DNA from: Bacillota bacterium
GTDB lineage: Bacteria; Chloroflexota; Dormibacteria; Dormibacterales; Dormibacteraceae
Length of the DNA stretch: 53,763 nt
NCBI GenBank assembly: GCA_021323605.1
Contig: JAJPKS010000326.1
Span: forward strand, 1 to 53,763
Reading direction: 5' to 3'
Below, piece by piece: positions 10,819 through 19,609 of this stretch; the stretch's first letter is position 1, and the number at the start of each line of letters is the position of its first letter. Below the pieces are notes generated by a model. It was not told the origin of the DNA and did no database searches. It was given only the letters and a program-made list of their open reading frames with translations. Position numbers and translations under genes: made by a program.

Positions 10819-12084
10819 TCACAGGCCTTTCCACTCCGCCACGTAGAGGCCGCTGTTCTTTTCCGTGAAATACACGATACCGCGGGCATCCACCAGGACG
10901 TCCTCCACCTGCACGACCAGCTCGGTCGGCAGCGGTCCATATCGGTGAACCGGATCGTGGGGGATGATGTACGCGATCTCCTACACCAGATAGGGGTCGC
11001 GCACGTCGAAGACACGCAGTCCGGCGTTGAAGTATGTCAAGAAGCACACGTCCTGATCCGAGAACAGATGTGGCTCGCCAGTGGGGATGTGCTGGTTGTG
11101 GGGACCGAAGCGTCCACCACGTGAGCAGAAGGAGTGGAACCCGGCTCCCCGGGGGGGAGCCGGGGTGGGGAAGAGAGAGATCAGCAGGGGGTGGCCGGGA
11201 TCGTGCACGTCCACGAACCCGGCGAAGCCGACCGGTTCGCGGCAGCGCTCAGCCAGGGCCTCGGAGTTGACGATCACGAGGTCCTGGCCGGCGATGGGGA
11301 CCACGGTGTGGGCTGCGATGCCGCTGGCGAGGGGGGGATGGAGGTCGAGGTGGCCCACCAGCTCCGGGCGCTCGGGCCTGGAGACGTCGACGATGACCAG
11401 GCCGGCGGCGGCGTAGGGGAGGTAGGCCAGGTCACCCGCCCGGATGGAGGGGCCGTGGAGGTCGAACCACTCGCGCTGGTCGTGCTCCCCCGCCTCCGCC
11501 CGCTGTCCGGGCAGGTGGAAACGACCCACCTCGCACGGCTGATCGGGGTCTGAGACGTCGACCAGGACCAGGATGGCCCCGCGGTAGCCGGGCATACGGG
11601 CGCTCAGGTGGAGGAGACCGGTCGCGTCGAACAGGTTGCGGTGGGTACCCCGATGCCCGGTGCGGAAGGTCCCCCTCCTCCGCGGCCGGATGGGATCGGA
11701 GAGGTCCCAGAGCACGACGCCCTCCTCGAAAGGGGCATGAGCGTCGTTGCCCCATCCGTCCTGGATCGGTTCCAGGGAGGTGGCGAGGAGACCCTGCCTG
11801 GTGGTCACCTGCAGCGTCCAGGTGTTGGTGGGACCATCCCAGGAGTTGACCAGGGTCGGCGTCATGGGATCGGTCACGTCGAGCACCGACCAGCCCGGAT
11901 GCCAGAGATGGGCGACGTACAGGTAGGTGCGGCCGCCGTTCACATGGAGGGCCATCTTGAACCCCGGACGGCCGCCGAGATCGGAGTACGACAGTGGCTC
12001 GATGGGTCCGTGCTTTGCCGCCACCCAATCGGTTCGACGCTTCGACCTTGCGTATCTCGCTCCCACGGCCGGACTCACCTTCAC
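10819..12084 (-). pseudogene. LVIVD-repeat beta-propeller protein interrupted by an in-frame TAG at 10981-10983
   Basis: Repeats SVLDVTDP, VLWDLSDP, VLVDVSDP, LVIVDVSRP, RVFDVRDP. The frame continues past the TAG as EIAYIIP..VEDVLVDARGIVYFTEKNSGLYVAEWKGL* to TGA at 10819. GTGA-coupled to the upstream dehydrogenase. Confidence 0.8.
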
Positions 12085-13139
12085 ACCTGGTGCGCGTCGA
12101 CGATGATCCTGACGTGTCGGTCGGGCTCGTCGATCAGACGTTGGAGGCCCTGTTCTACGATGTCGCGCAGGGCGATACGATCGGTGATGAGCGCGCCGGC
12201 GTCGACTCGGCCATCCGCGACCAGGGAGATGGCGCGGGGGAAGTCGTCGACATAGGCCAGGCAACCTACGATCTCTCGCTCCTGGAGCACAACCTTGTTC
12301 ATGTCGACCACGGGCGCCGTCTTGAAGACCCCGACGATCGTCACGCGGCCGCCCTTGCGGGCGAGGTCGAGGGCGGTGTCGAGCGAGTCCTGGGTGCCAG
12401 CGCAGTCGAAGGCGACGTCCGCTCCGTATCCGGCGGTCAGCTCCAGCAGCTGTTCCCCGGGGGGGCCGAGCTCGGGATCGATCACTGCCGTGGCGCCCAG
12501 CCGCCGGGCCCGCTCCCGGCGCTCGGGCAGCCGCTCCACCACATAGACCGCGGCCGCCCCGGCGGTTCGGGCCACCTGTAGGGCACCGAGGCCGATCATG
12601 CCCGCCCCCACGATGGCCACGACATCGCCTGCCGCCACCCGGCCCCGGCGCACGGCGTGTACCACCACCGAGAGCGGCTCGATCAGGGCGCCGACCTCGT
12701 CGCTGATGGCGTCGGGCAGACGGTGCAGGGAGGAGGTCGGGACGGCCACCCGCTCGGCGAAGCCGCCGTGAGCGTCGAAGCCGAGGATGGCCAGCCGGTC
12801 GCAGAGTACGTAGTTCCCATGCCGGCAGTACCAGCAGACGCCACAGCTGATGCAGCCGTCGACCGTCACCCGATCTCCAACCCGAAGGTCGGGCCGCGAG
12901 CCATCGGTCTGGACGATCCGGCCGGAGAACTCGTGGCCCAGCGTGACCGGGACGGAGACACCTGTGATCGGGTTCGGGCGGTGGGGCCGGATGTACAGCG
13001 GTCCGAGGTACTCCTTGACGTCGCTGGCGCAGATGGACGCCCAGTCCACGGCCACGATCGACCAGCCGGCCGAGGGTCTCGGTTCCTCCACCTCCTCGAG
13101 GCGGACGTCTCGGTGTCCGTGGAACCGCAGTGCCTTCAT
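12081..13139 (-). CDS. Zn-dependent medium-chain dehydrogenase (2,3-butanediol/polyol dehydrogenase-like)
   Basis: MKALRFHG, ICASD, LGHEFSG, structural Zn CGVCWYC..C, GAGMIG. Confidence 0.9.
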   Translation of the reverse strand: MKALRFHGHRDVRLEEVEEPRPSAGWSIVAVDWASICASDVKEYLGPLYIRPHRPNPITGVSVPVTLGHEFSGRIVQTDGSRPDLRVGDRVTVDGCISCGVCWYCRHGNYVLCDRLAILGFDAHGGFAERVAVPTSSLHRLPDAISDEVGALIEPLSVVVHAVRRGRVAAGDVVAIVGAGMIGLGALQVARTAGAAAVYVVERLPERRERARRLGATAVIDPELGPPGEQLLELTAGYGADVAFDCAGTQDSLDTALDLARKGGRVTIVGVFKTAPVVDMNKVVLQEREIVGCLAYVDDFPRAISLVADGRVDAGALITDRIALRDIVEQGLQRLIDEPDRHVRIIVDAHQV

Positions 13140-13185
13140 CGTTCCGTTCCTCCACTGGCTTCGGATGACGGACGGGAATAGCGCT

Positions 13186-13214
13186 CGGGCCGCGCCCGGG
13201 GCCAGCGCGGCCCG
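13186..13214. other. Intra-operon GC hairpin
   Basis: CGGGCCGCGC (13186-13195) and GCGCGGCCCG (13205-13214) form a perfect 10-bp stem between the permease and dehydrogenase genes. Confidence 0.45.
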
Positions 13215-13254
13215 TCGACCCGGCGGCTGGAACGCGGCCGGCGAGGATAGGCGG

Positions 13255-14289
13255 TCATCGACGTCGGCGCCTGGCCCGGGAGCTCAGGACCACCGCGGCG
13301 ATGATGATCCCGCCCCGGAACATCAACTGCTGGGGAACGCTGAGACCGAGGATGATCAACCCGTTGTTGACGGCTCCTAGCAGGAGCGAGCCCACGACGG
13401 CACCGACCACGCTGCCCTTGCCGCCGGACAGCGCGGTGCCGCCGATGATGGCGGCCGCGATCACGGTCAGCAGGTCGGAGGAACCGAGGTCGTAGCGGGC
13501 GCCGTGGTACTGGCCGACGTAGAGCAGCCCGCCCAGGGCCCCCGCCGTCCCGCTGGCGACCAGGACCGCGACCTTGACCAGGTCGGTCCGGATGCCCGAG
13601 AAACGGGCCGCGTTCACGTTGGCGCCGGTGGCCAGAACCGCCTTCCCGGCCGGCGTCCAGACCAGGACCAGGTATCCGAGCACCAGGGTGCCGAGCGTCC
13701 AGAGCACCAGGACCGGGATCGGCCCCAGGCTTCCGGAGCCGAAGATGAAGGTGAAGGTGCGGTCGTCGACGATCACGGCCAGGGTGTTGGTGGGGACCTG
13801 GGCCACGCCCTGAAGCAGCCCGAGCATGCCCAGAGTGACCACGAACGAGGGCATGTGCAGGCGAACCGTGATCAGTCCGTTGACGAGACCGATGGCCGCG
13901 CCGCAGGCGAGCGCGATCGCCACCGCCGGGATCAGGCCGAACCTGGGCAGGAGCAGCCCGAGCGCGTAGCCGGCGACCGGGACCACGGCTGCGATCGACA
14001 GGTCGATCTCGCCCGCGGAGATGACGAAGACCGTGGCCACCGCCATGATCGAGATCACGGTCGTCTGCCGCACGATGCCCACGAAGTTGCCGACCGTCAG
14101 GTAACCCGTGCCGTGGAGCAGCACGGCGAAGACGGCGATGGTCGCGAGCATGGCGACGATGAGGACGGCTGAGTTCTGCCCCCGGTATGCCCTGATCCAT
14201 GCCGTCCGGAGCCAGGCGGAGAACTCGGCAGAGACCGTGCCCGAGACCCCGTCCGCCGGTGCCCGCCGCCGGGAGATCCGTGCCTTCAT
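13255..14289 (-). CDS. Monosaccharide ABC transporter permease
   Basis: EIDLSIA, PSFVVTLG, ATGANVNAARFSGI, VIAAAIIGG. Confidence 0.93.
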   Translation of the reverse strand: MKARISRRRAPADGVSGTVSAEFSAWLRTAWIRAYRGQNSAVLIVAMLATIAVFAVLLHGTGYLTVGNFVGIVRQTTVISIMAVATVFVISAGEIDLSIAAVVPVAGYALGLLLPRFGLIPAVAIALACGAAIGLVNGLITVRLHMPSFVVTLGMLGLLQGVAQVPTNTLAVIVDDRTFTFIFGSGSLGPIPVLVLWTLGTLVLGYLVLVWTPAGKAVLATGANVNAARFSGIRTDLVKVAVLVASGTAGALGGLLYVGQYHGARYDLGSSDLLTVIAAAIIGGTALSGGKGSVVGAVVGSLLLGAVNNGLIILGLSVPQQLMFRGGIIIAAVVLSSRARRRRR

Positions 14290-15836
14290 GTCGCTTCCCC
14301 CTGCCCCCGCTCGGACCTCCCTCCGGCACGCTGCATGGCGTGGAGCAGCGCCTCCTCGGTGAAGTCCACAGACCCGCGTCGCAACACGCGCCTGATGCCA
14401 CCGTCGGCCAGGACCAGGATTCGGTCCGAGACCTGCAGTAGCTCGGTGAGGTCCGACGACACCCAGACCGCTGCTCGGCCTGTCGCCACCTCCTGGCGCA
14501 CACGACGGATGACCTCGGCTGCGGTCTGGACGTCGACCCCGAAGGTGGGCTCGTCGAGGAGCAGGACGCGCGGGCGGGAGAGGAGGGCCTTGGAGAAGAC
14601 GACCTTCTGCTGGTTGCCCCCGGAGAGCTCCTGGACCACCTGGTGTCGACCGGTGGCCCTGACGTCGAGGGTGGCGAGGATCCGCTCCACCGCTCGCCCG
14701 GCTGCTCGGGCGCTGAAGAAGCAGAGCCGTCTGAGTTCTCTCAGGACCGGCAGCACGACGTTCTGCTCGATCGTGTGTTCGAGGATGACGCCGTGGACGT
14801 GCCGGTCTTCTGGGACCAGGAAGGCCCCCCGAGCGATGGCGCCGGCCGGCCCGCGGGGTCGGTAGCGCGCTCCGTCCAGCCGTACCCTGCCCCGGTCGGG
14901 ACGAATGGCGCCGAACAGGGCCTGGAGGAGCGTGGTGCGGCCGCTGCCCGCCAGGCCGGCGACGCCGACGATCTCGCCGGGCGCGAGGCTGAAGGAGATG
15001 TCCTCCAGCTTGCCCCGTACGGTGAGGCCCTCGACCTCGAGCACGGGCGGCCGCCCCGAGGGCGATGGTCCGGTGCCGCCGGCCTCGATCACTCTCAGGC
15101 TGCCGCCCACGAGGGCGGCCACCACCTCGTCCAGGCTCGTCTCCGAGGTTCCGGCCGAGAGCACCTCACGGCCTCCCCGAAGGACCGTGACCTCGTCGCA
15201 GACCTCGAAGATCTCGCGCAGGTGGTGGGTGATGAAGACGATCCCGGTCCCGAGGGCGGCGGCCTGCCGGACCAGCTCGAACAACCTGGCCACCTCCTGC
15301 CGGGAGAGCGGTGCCGTGGGCTCGTCGAGGATGAGGAGACGGCGCCCGAGCCGGAAGGCCTTGGCGATCTCGACCATCTGCTGCTGCGCGATGCTCAGAT
15401 CGCCGACCAGGGCGCTCGGCGGGACCCCGGTGATACCGAGTTCCTCGAGGAGCGATCGCGCCTCGCGCCGTTCCGCCCGCCCCGCGATGGTCCCGAAGGG
15501 GCCGGTCCGTTCCGCGTTCAGGAAGATGTTGTCGACGACCGAGAGCGTGGGGACCAGGCTCAGCTCCTGCAGAACCATGCCCGCGCCCGCGGTTCTCGCC
15601 TCGGCCGGGCGGGAAAAGGTCAGCCGCCGTCCCCCGACGGACACCGTACCCGTGCTCGGGGGAACGGCTCCGAGCGCGATCTTCATCAGGGTCGACTTCC
15701 CCGCCCCGTTGTGCCCGACCAGGCCGTGGATCCTGCCCGGGCGCACGCGGAAGGTGACGTCGTCGAGCACGAGCGTTGGGCCGAACCGTTTGCTGATTGC
15801 CGTCATGTCGAGGGCGTGGTCGCTGTCGTCACTCAT
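14286..15836 (-). CDS. Sugar ABC ATP-binding protein (tandem NBDs)
   Basis: GHNGAGKST, LDEPT twice, LSGGNQQK. Start 15836 has SD GAGGT; alternative start 15908. Confidence 0.93.
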   Translation of the reverse strand: MSDDSDHALDMTAISKRFGPTLVLDDVTFRVRPGRIHGLVGHNGAGKSTLMKIALGAVPPSTGTVSVGGRRLTFSRPAEARTAGAGMVLQELSLVPTLSVVDNIFLNAERTGPFGTIAGRAERREARSLLEELGITGVPPSALVGDLSIAQQQMVEIAKAFRLGRRLLILDEPTAPLSRQEVARLFELVRQAAALGTGIVFITHHLREIFEVCDEVTVLRGGREVLSAGTSETSLDEVVAALVGGSLRVIEAGGTGPSPSGRPPVLEVEGLTVRGKLEDISFSLAPGEIVGVAGLAGSGRTTLLQALFGAIRPDRGRVRLDGARYRPRGPAGAIARGAFLVPEDRHVHGVILEHTIEQNVVLPVLRELRRLCFFSARAAGRAVERILATLDVRATGRHQVVQELSGGNQQKVVFSKALLSRPRVLLLDEPTFGVDVQTAAEVIRRVRQEVATGRAAVWVSSDLTELLQVSDRILVLADGGIRRVLRRGSVDFTEEALLHAMQRAGGRSERGQGEAT

Positions 15837-15919
15837 CGCAACCTCAGTCCCGCCGGGAGACGCCCGACCCGTCCCCAAGGGTGGGCCGGGCGTCTCCACG
15901 AAATCCATCGGGTCGTGGC

Positions 15920-17134
15920 CTACGTCCCCGGCAGCTGGTCCTGCTTGGGCAGGGGAATGTTCGGCCCGTGCATGTAGAGCCAGGCGCTGTCCAGGTTGCT
16001 CTTGTCGACCCCGAACGTGGGAACGATCATGAATGGAGGCACCGGCTTGCCCAGCCGACAGAGCGCCGATGCGATGGCCATGGTGCGCCCGGCTTCATAC
16101 ACCGACTCACCGCTGTCGGCGAAGATCGTTCCGTCGTGAGCGATGTCGTGAGCGCCGGTGTATCCGAGATCCATGGTTGCGATTCTGACGTCTTTGCGCC
16201 CGGAGGCCCGGATGGCCGCCTCGATGCCTTCAGAGGGGGGACTGTCCCAGGGGCCGTAGATGACGTTGATCTGTGGGTAGCGGGTCAGCATGGCTGCGGC
16301 CACCACGTCCGCGTGGTTGGGGTCTGGCATGGGAAGGTCGGCCACCACCTTGAGGTTCGGGTACTTCTTGAGCTCATTGAGGAAGCCGGCGTCACGACCT
16401 TTGACCACGGGATGGTTGAAGGTCCAGCGGATCACGCCAATGTTGGCACCATTGGGATAGTATTTGTGGATCTCGTCGGCCACGGTGACGCCGACGTAGG
16501 CCGGGTCGTAAGAGGTGATGTTGCAGATAGGCTGACCCGGTCCGACGCCCCAGCCCTGCACGCCCTGGCTCCACATCGTGATGGTGATGCCACGATCTCG
16601 GACCGGCTTCAGGATCCCCGGCCACTGCGTGGGGTCGAGAACCCCGGTGATCATGATATCCGGGTAGAGCGGGAGGACGTCCTGCACCTGTGCGTTGGCC
16701 TGCACCGCGTCGAACTCGAAGTCGGTGGTGGCCACCAGGTCGATTCCCAGCTCCTGGAAGGCCCGGCGCATGCCAAAGGTGAAGGACTGGTTGTAGGGGA
16801 CCCCGCTCCAGTTGAGGAAGACGGCCTTCCAGTGCTTGGCGCGGATGGCGGCAACTTCAGCCTGGGTGATCTTCAGGTCGCTGTAGTTGGTTGGCGTGTA
16901 AGCACCGTAGTAGTCAGGGAGGTCACCGGGATAGTTCTTCAGCTCCTGGACGGTCGGCACGTGAAGCCACTTCGGTGTCTGCCACCCTTTCAGGACGAAG
17001 TCGGCGCCGACGTTGCCGTTGCTGGGGACAGACTGCCCGGTGCTGCAGGCGGCCGCCAGCAACCCTATCGCCAGTATCAGCGCCTGCCATCGCCCGACTC
17101 CCTTCGGGGCACGTTTCGATCTCGTCAACCTCAC
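15920..17134 (-). CDS. Sugar ABC substrate-binding lipoprotein
   Basis: Signal peptide with lipobox LAAAC, SD GGAGGAGG, first gene of the ABC operon. Confidence 0.85.
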   Translation of the reverse strand: MRLTRSKRAPKGVGRWQALILAIGLLAAACSTGQSVPSNGNVGADFVLKGWQTPKWLHVPTVQELKNYPGDLPDYYGAYTPTNYSDLKITQAEVAAIRAKHWKAVFLNWSGVPYNQSFTFGMRRAFQELGIDLVATTDFEFDAVQANAQVQDVLPLYPDIMITGVLDPTQWPGILKPVRDRGITITMWSQGVQGWGVGPGQPICNITSYDPAYVGVTVADEIHKYYPNGANIGVIRWTFNHPVVKGRDAGFLNELKKYPNLKVVADLPMPDPNHADVVAAAMLTRYPQINVIYGPWDSPPSEGIEAAIRASGRKDVRIATMDLGYTGAHDIAHDGTIFADSGESVYEAGRTMAIASALCRLGKPVPPFMIVPTFGVDKSNLDSAWLYMHGPNIPLPKQDQLPGT

Positions 17135-17282
17135 GACATGCTTCCTCCTCCATCCTCCTGGCCTGCGTCGAGTTGGCGCTCTCCGCCGTTCTTCTCAGCG
17201 AAATCACAGCACGCACAAATCCCCGCTCCCTGATTGTCTCTCGAACTCGGCGGTGAACGCATCATCTCCATCTGTGTCTGTA

Positions 17283-17358
17283 CGCATAACATCGCTGGAC
17301 CGGGAGGGTCCATGGCAAAGTGACCAAAACCATGGTCGGGAATTGCTCACGATTGCCA
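17283..17358 (-). promoter_or_regulatory. Putative activator-dependent promoter with paired TGG-N8-CCA sites
   Basis: TGGCAAAGTGACCA (17313-17326) and degenerate GCTCACGATTGCCA (17345-17358) lie 32 bp apart. -35-like TGGACC (minus strand, 17307-17312) is directly adjacent; the -10 is weak. Confidence 0.55.
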
Positions 17359-17417
17359 TCATCCCCTGGCGTCCCGATCTCGGGCACGGCGGCCGAGGAC
17401 CGCGATCTCATCGTGGC

Positions 17418-18200
17418 CTAGATCGCGGTGTAGCCGCCGTCCACCATGAGCGCGTGGCCGGTGACGAAGGACGACTCGTCGGAAGCCAGGTAGAGCGCAC
17501 CCATGGCGACCTCCTCCGGAGTGGCGAGCCGGCCCATCGGATGGCGGTCAACGAGCGCTCTCCACGCCGCCTCAGGGTCCGGCTGAGAGGCCCGCCACCG
17601 CCGGTGGAGCGGGGTGTCGGTGGCCCCTGGGCAGAGGGCGTTCACCCGGATGCCGTCGGCGGCCAGCTCCGCGGCCAGTGTCCGGCTGAGGTTGATCGCC
17701 GCCGCCTTGGTCACCGCGTAGGCGGCCGAACGCGGGGCACCGACCACCCCGTAGGTGGAGCCGAGGTTGACGATGCTGCCCGACCCCGAGCGTCGAAGGT
17801 GGGGGATGGCGTGCTTGCAGATCAAGAACATGCTGGTCAGGTTGTTCTCCACCACCCGGCGCCATTCCTCGAGGCTCGTCGCCTCAAGCGGAGCGGAGGC
17901 GGAGACTCCCGCGTTGTTGACGACCACGTCCAGCCGTCCGTAGCGCTCCACGGTGCGTTCGATCAAGCATCGGGCCTCCGACTCCACCGCCACGTCGCAG
18001 GGCCAGAACGACACGCTCAGGTGCTCTGTGGCCAGCTCGGCCTCGAGCTGCAGGCCGGCGGCGGAACGCCGTGCGCAGAAGGCGACCTGGGCCCCCTCCC
18101 GGGCGAACAGCCGGACGATGGCCGCGCCGATGCCCAGCGTGCCTCCGGTGACGAGCGCGACCTTGCCCGTCAGCCGGGTGCCGGTGGCCTGTCGCCTCAT
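17418..18200 (-). CDS. Short-chain dehydrogenase/reductase
   Basis: TGGTLGIG, NNAG, YAVTK (YxxxK), IRVNALCPG, VDGG. Confidence 0.95.
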   Translation of the reverse strand: MRRQATGTRLTGKVALVTGGTLGIGAAIVRLFAREGAQVAFCARRSAAGLQLEAELATEHLSVSFWPCDVAVESEARCLIERTVERYGRLDVVVNNAGVSASAPLEATSLEEWRRVVENNLTSMFLICKHAIPHLRRSGSGSIVNLGSTYGVVGAPRSAAYAVTKAAAINLSRTLAAELAADGIRVNALCPGATDTPLHRRWRASQPDPEAAWRALVDRHPMGRLATPEEVAMGALYLASDESSFVTGHALMVDGGYTAI

Positions 18201-18335
18201 CCCAGCCGGAGCTGCCGCGGCCGGAGCGAGAGATGGCCCCGGCCGCGGGAAAAGACTCCCCTTCCCGCCAGAGTGGCCGACCGCCGGCCGTACCCGTACT
18301 TCGCCGTCCGACTCCCGCGCTCCATCGCCGCCGGC

Positions 18336-19211
18336 TCAGGTGAATCGTGGACGGGGTGGTCGCCTTGCGTCCCACTGCCTCCGGAAGCTGGTCACCGCCC
18401 GCCGCGCGAGCTCCTCGGCGGGAAGCTTCCAGAGCGAGTCAGGGTAGGCGTGGCCGAAGCGGCCGTCGTCGGAGAAGATCTCGACGTCGTACCAGCCGTC
18501 GTAGCCAGCCGCCTCCAGCGTCCCGAAGATGGCCGGCACGTCCGCCCGGCCGTCGCCGGGCAGGAGGCGGTCGCACCAGCTCCGGGTTGGCTCCCGGTAG
18601 TCGTTGACCTGGACCCCGATCAGTCGATCGGCATATCGCCGAAGGTCGTCGAGGCCGTTGGGCGCGTCCCACAGGTGCCAGACGTCGTAGATCACCCGTA
18701 CCTCGGGGACGCCAGCCTCCTCGATCAGCTCAAGCGTCTCCGGTAGGGTCGTGACCAGGGTGCCCGACGTTCGCCGGAGGGGCTCGAGGCCGAGGGTGAC
18801 CCCCGCTTCGCCGGCTGCGTCCGCAGCCGCCCTCAGCCCCTCGACGACGATCCGGCGCAACTCCGCCGGGTCGCGGCCGTCGGGGGCCCCGGTGAGGACC
18901 ATGACCGCCACCGGGTCGAAGGGCGCGAAGCGGTGGATGGCGGCGCGCAGCGCCGCGCGTCGCTGGCGGTGGTCCCTGGGCTCGGTGAAGAACGGGTCAG
19001 GAACGATGGAGGCGACCTCGGGCACGCAGAGCGTGGCGCGCAGTCCCGCTTCCGCCATGAGCTCGCCGACGGCCGCCTCCTGGCCGCGCGGCAGCTTGAA
19101 CTCCCAGAGCCCGATCCCGTCGGCACCGGCTGCACGATAGACAGAGATGTCCTCCCTGATGTCGGCGAGGTACGTCGTGCACTGGCTGATCGACAGCTTG
19201 GGATAGCTCAA
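18336..19211 (-). CDS. Sugar phosphate isomerase/epimerase (AP_endonuc_2 TIM barrel, IolE/IolI-like)
   Basis: LGLEPL, YDVWH, QVND, DRLLPGDG, VEIFS. TTG start with SD GAGGA. Confidence 0.88.
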   Translation of the reverse strand: MSYPKLSISQCTTYLADIREDISVYRAAGADGIGLWEFKLPRGQEAAVGELMAEAGLRATLCVPEVASIVPDPFFTEPRDHRQRRAALRAAIHRFAPFDPVAVMVLTGAPDGRDPAELRRIVVEGLRAAADAAGEAGVTLGLEPLRRTSGTLVTTLPETLELIEEAGVPEVRVIYDVWHLWDAPNGLDDLRRYADRLIGVQVNDYREPTRSWCDRLLPGDGRADVPAIFGTLEAAGYDGWYDVEIFSDDGRFGHAYPDSLWKLPAEELARRAVTSFRRQWDARRPPRPRFT

Positions 19212-19278
19212 TGTGATTCCTCTTCTCTGCTCGGATCACCGATGACGGTCCTCGACCTCGGCGCAACGTCGCCAGGCC

Positions 19279-19354
19279 AGGCTAGCAGCAAGGCTGATCG
19301 AGGTCGATGGCAGATCGGCCAGGAGATGATGGCCGTGATTGGCCATATGGCCAA
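19279..19354 (-). promoter_or_regulatory. Leftward promoter with paired palindromic sites
   Basis: TGGCAGATCGGCCA (19308-19321) and perfect TTGGCCATATGGCCAA (19339-19354). -35 TCGACC (19302-19307), 17-bp spacer, -10 TAGCCT (19279-19284). Confidence 0.65.
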
Positions 19355-19431
19355 CCCTCGTTCACGATCTTCACGCAGCCGTTGGTCGCGATGTGTCCGT
19401 GGTCGAACGCACCCGGGAACGACGCGAAGAT

Positions 19432-19506
19432 TGGATGAATTGACAGCTTTGCTGATCGCTATTTGGCAGATCTGCCATGGACGTGCCCTGGGTGCGGTCG
19501 GACAAT
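19432..19506 (+). promoter_or_regulatory. Rightward promoter with paired palindromic sites
   Basis: TGGATGAATTGACA (19432-19445) and perfect TGGCAGATCTGCCA (19464-19477). -35 TGGACG (19478-19483), 17-bp spacer, -10 GACAAT (19501-19506). Confidence 0.65.
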
Positions 19507-19609
19507 AGCCTCCCAGGGCGGCCTCGAAGAGGACTTACATCGGCGCAAGGCACAAGGTGAGGATGATCAGGGAGATGAAGATGATGGCATGGCCAACGGT
19601 GGGGACGTC

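Noticed and set aside
3293-13155. Apparent N-terminal extensions or fusions (3293-5314, 4627-6147, 6137-8746, 10981-13155)
   Set aside because: The extensions overlap upstream genes in another frame. True starts with SD or ATGA/GTGA coupling lie downstream.
17341-19480. TGGCA motifs as sigma-54 -24/-12 promoters
   Set aside because: The GG-N10-GC spacing is not met; a palindromic operator explains them better.
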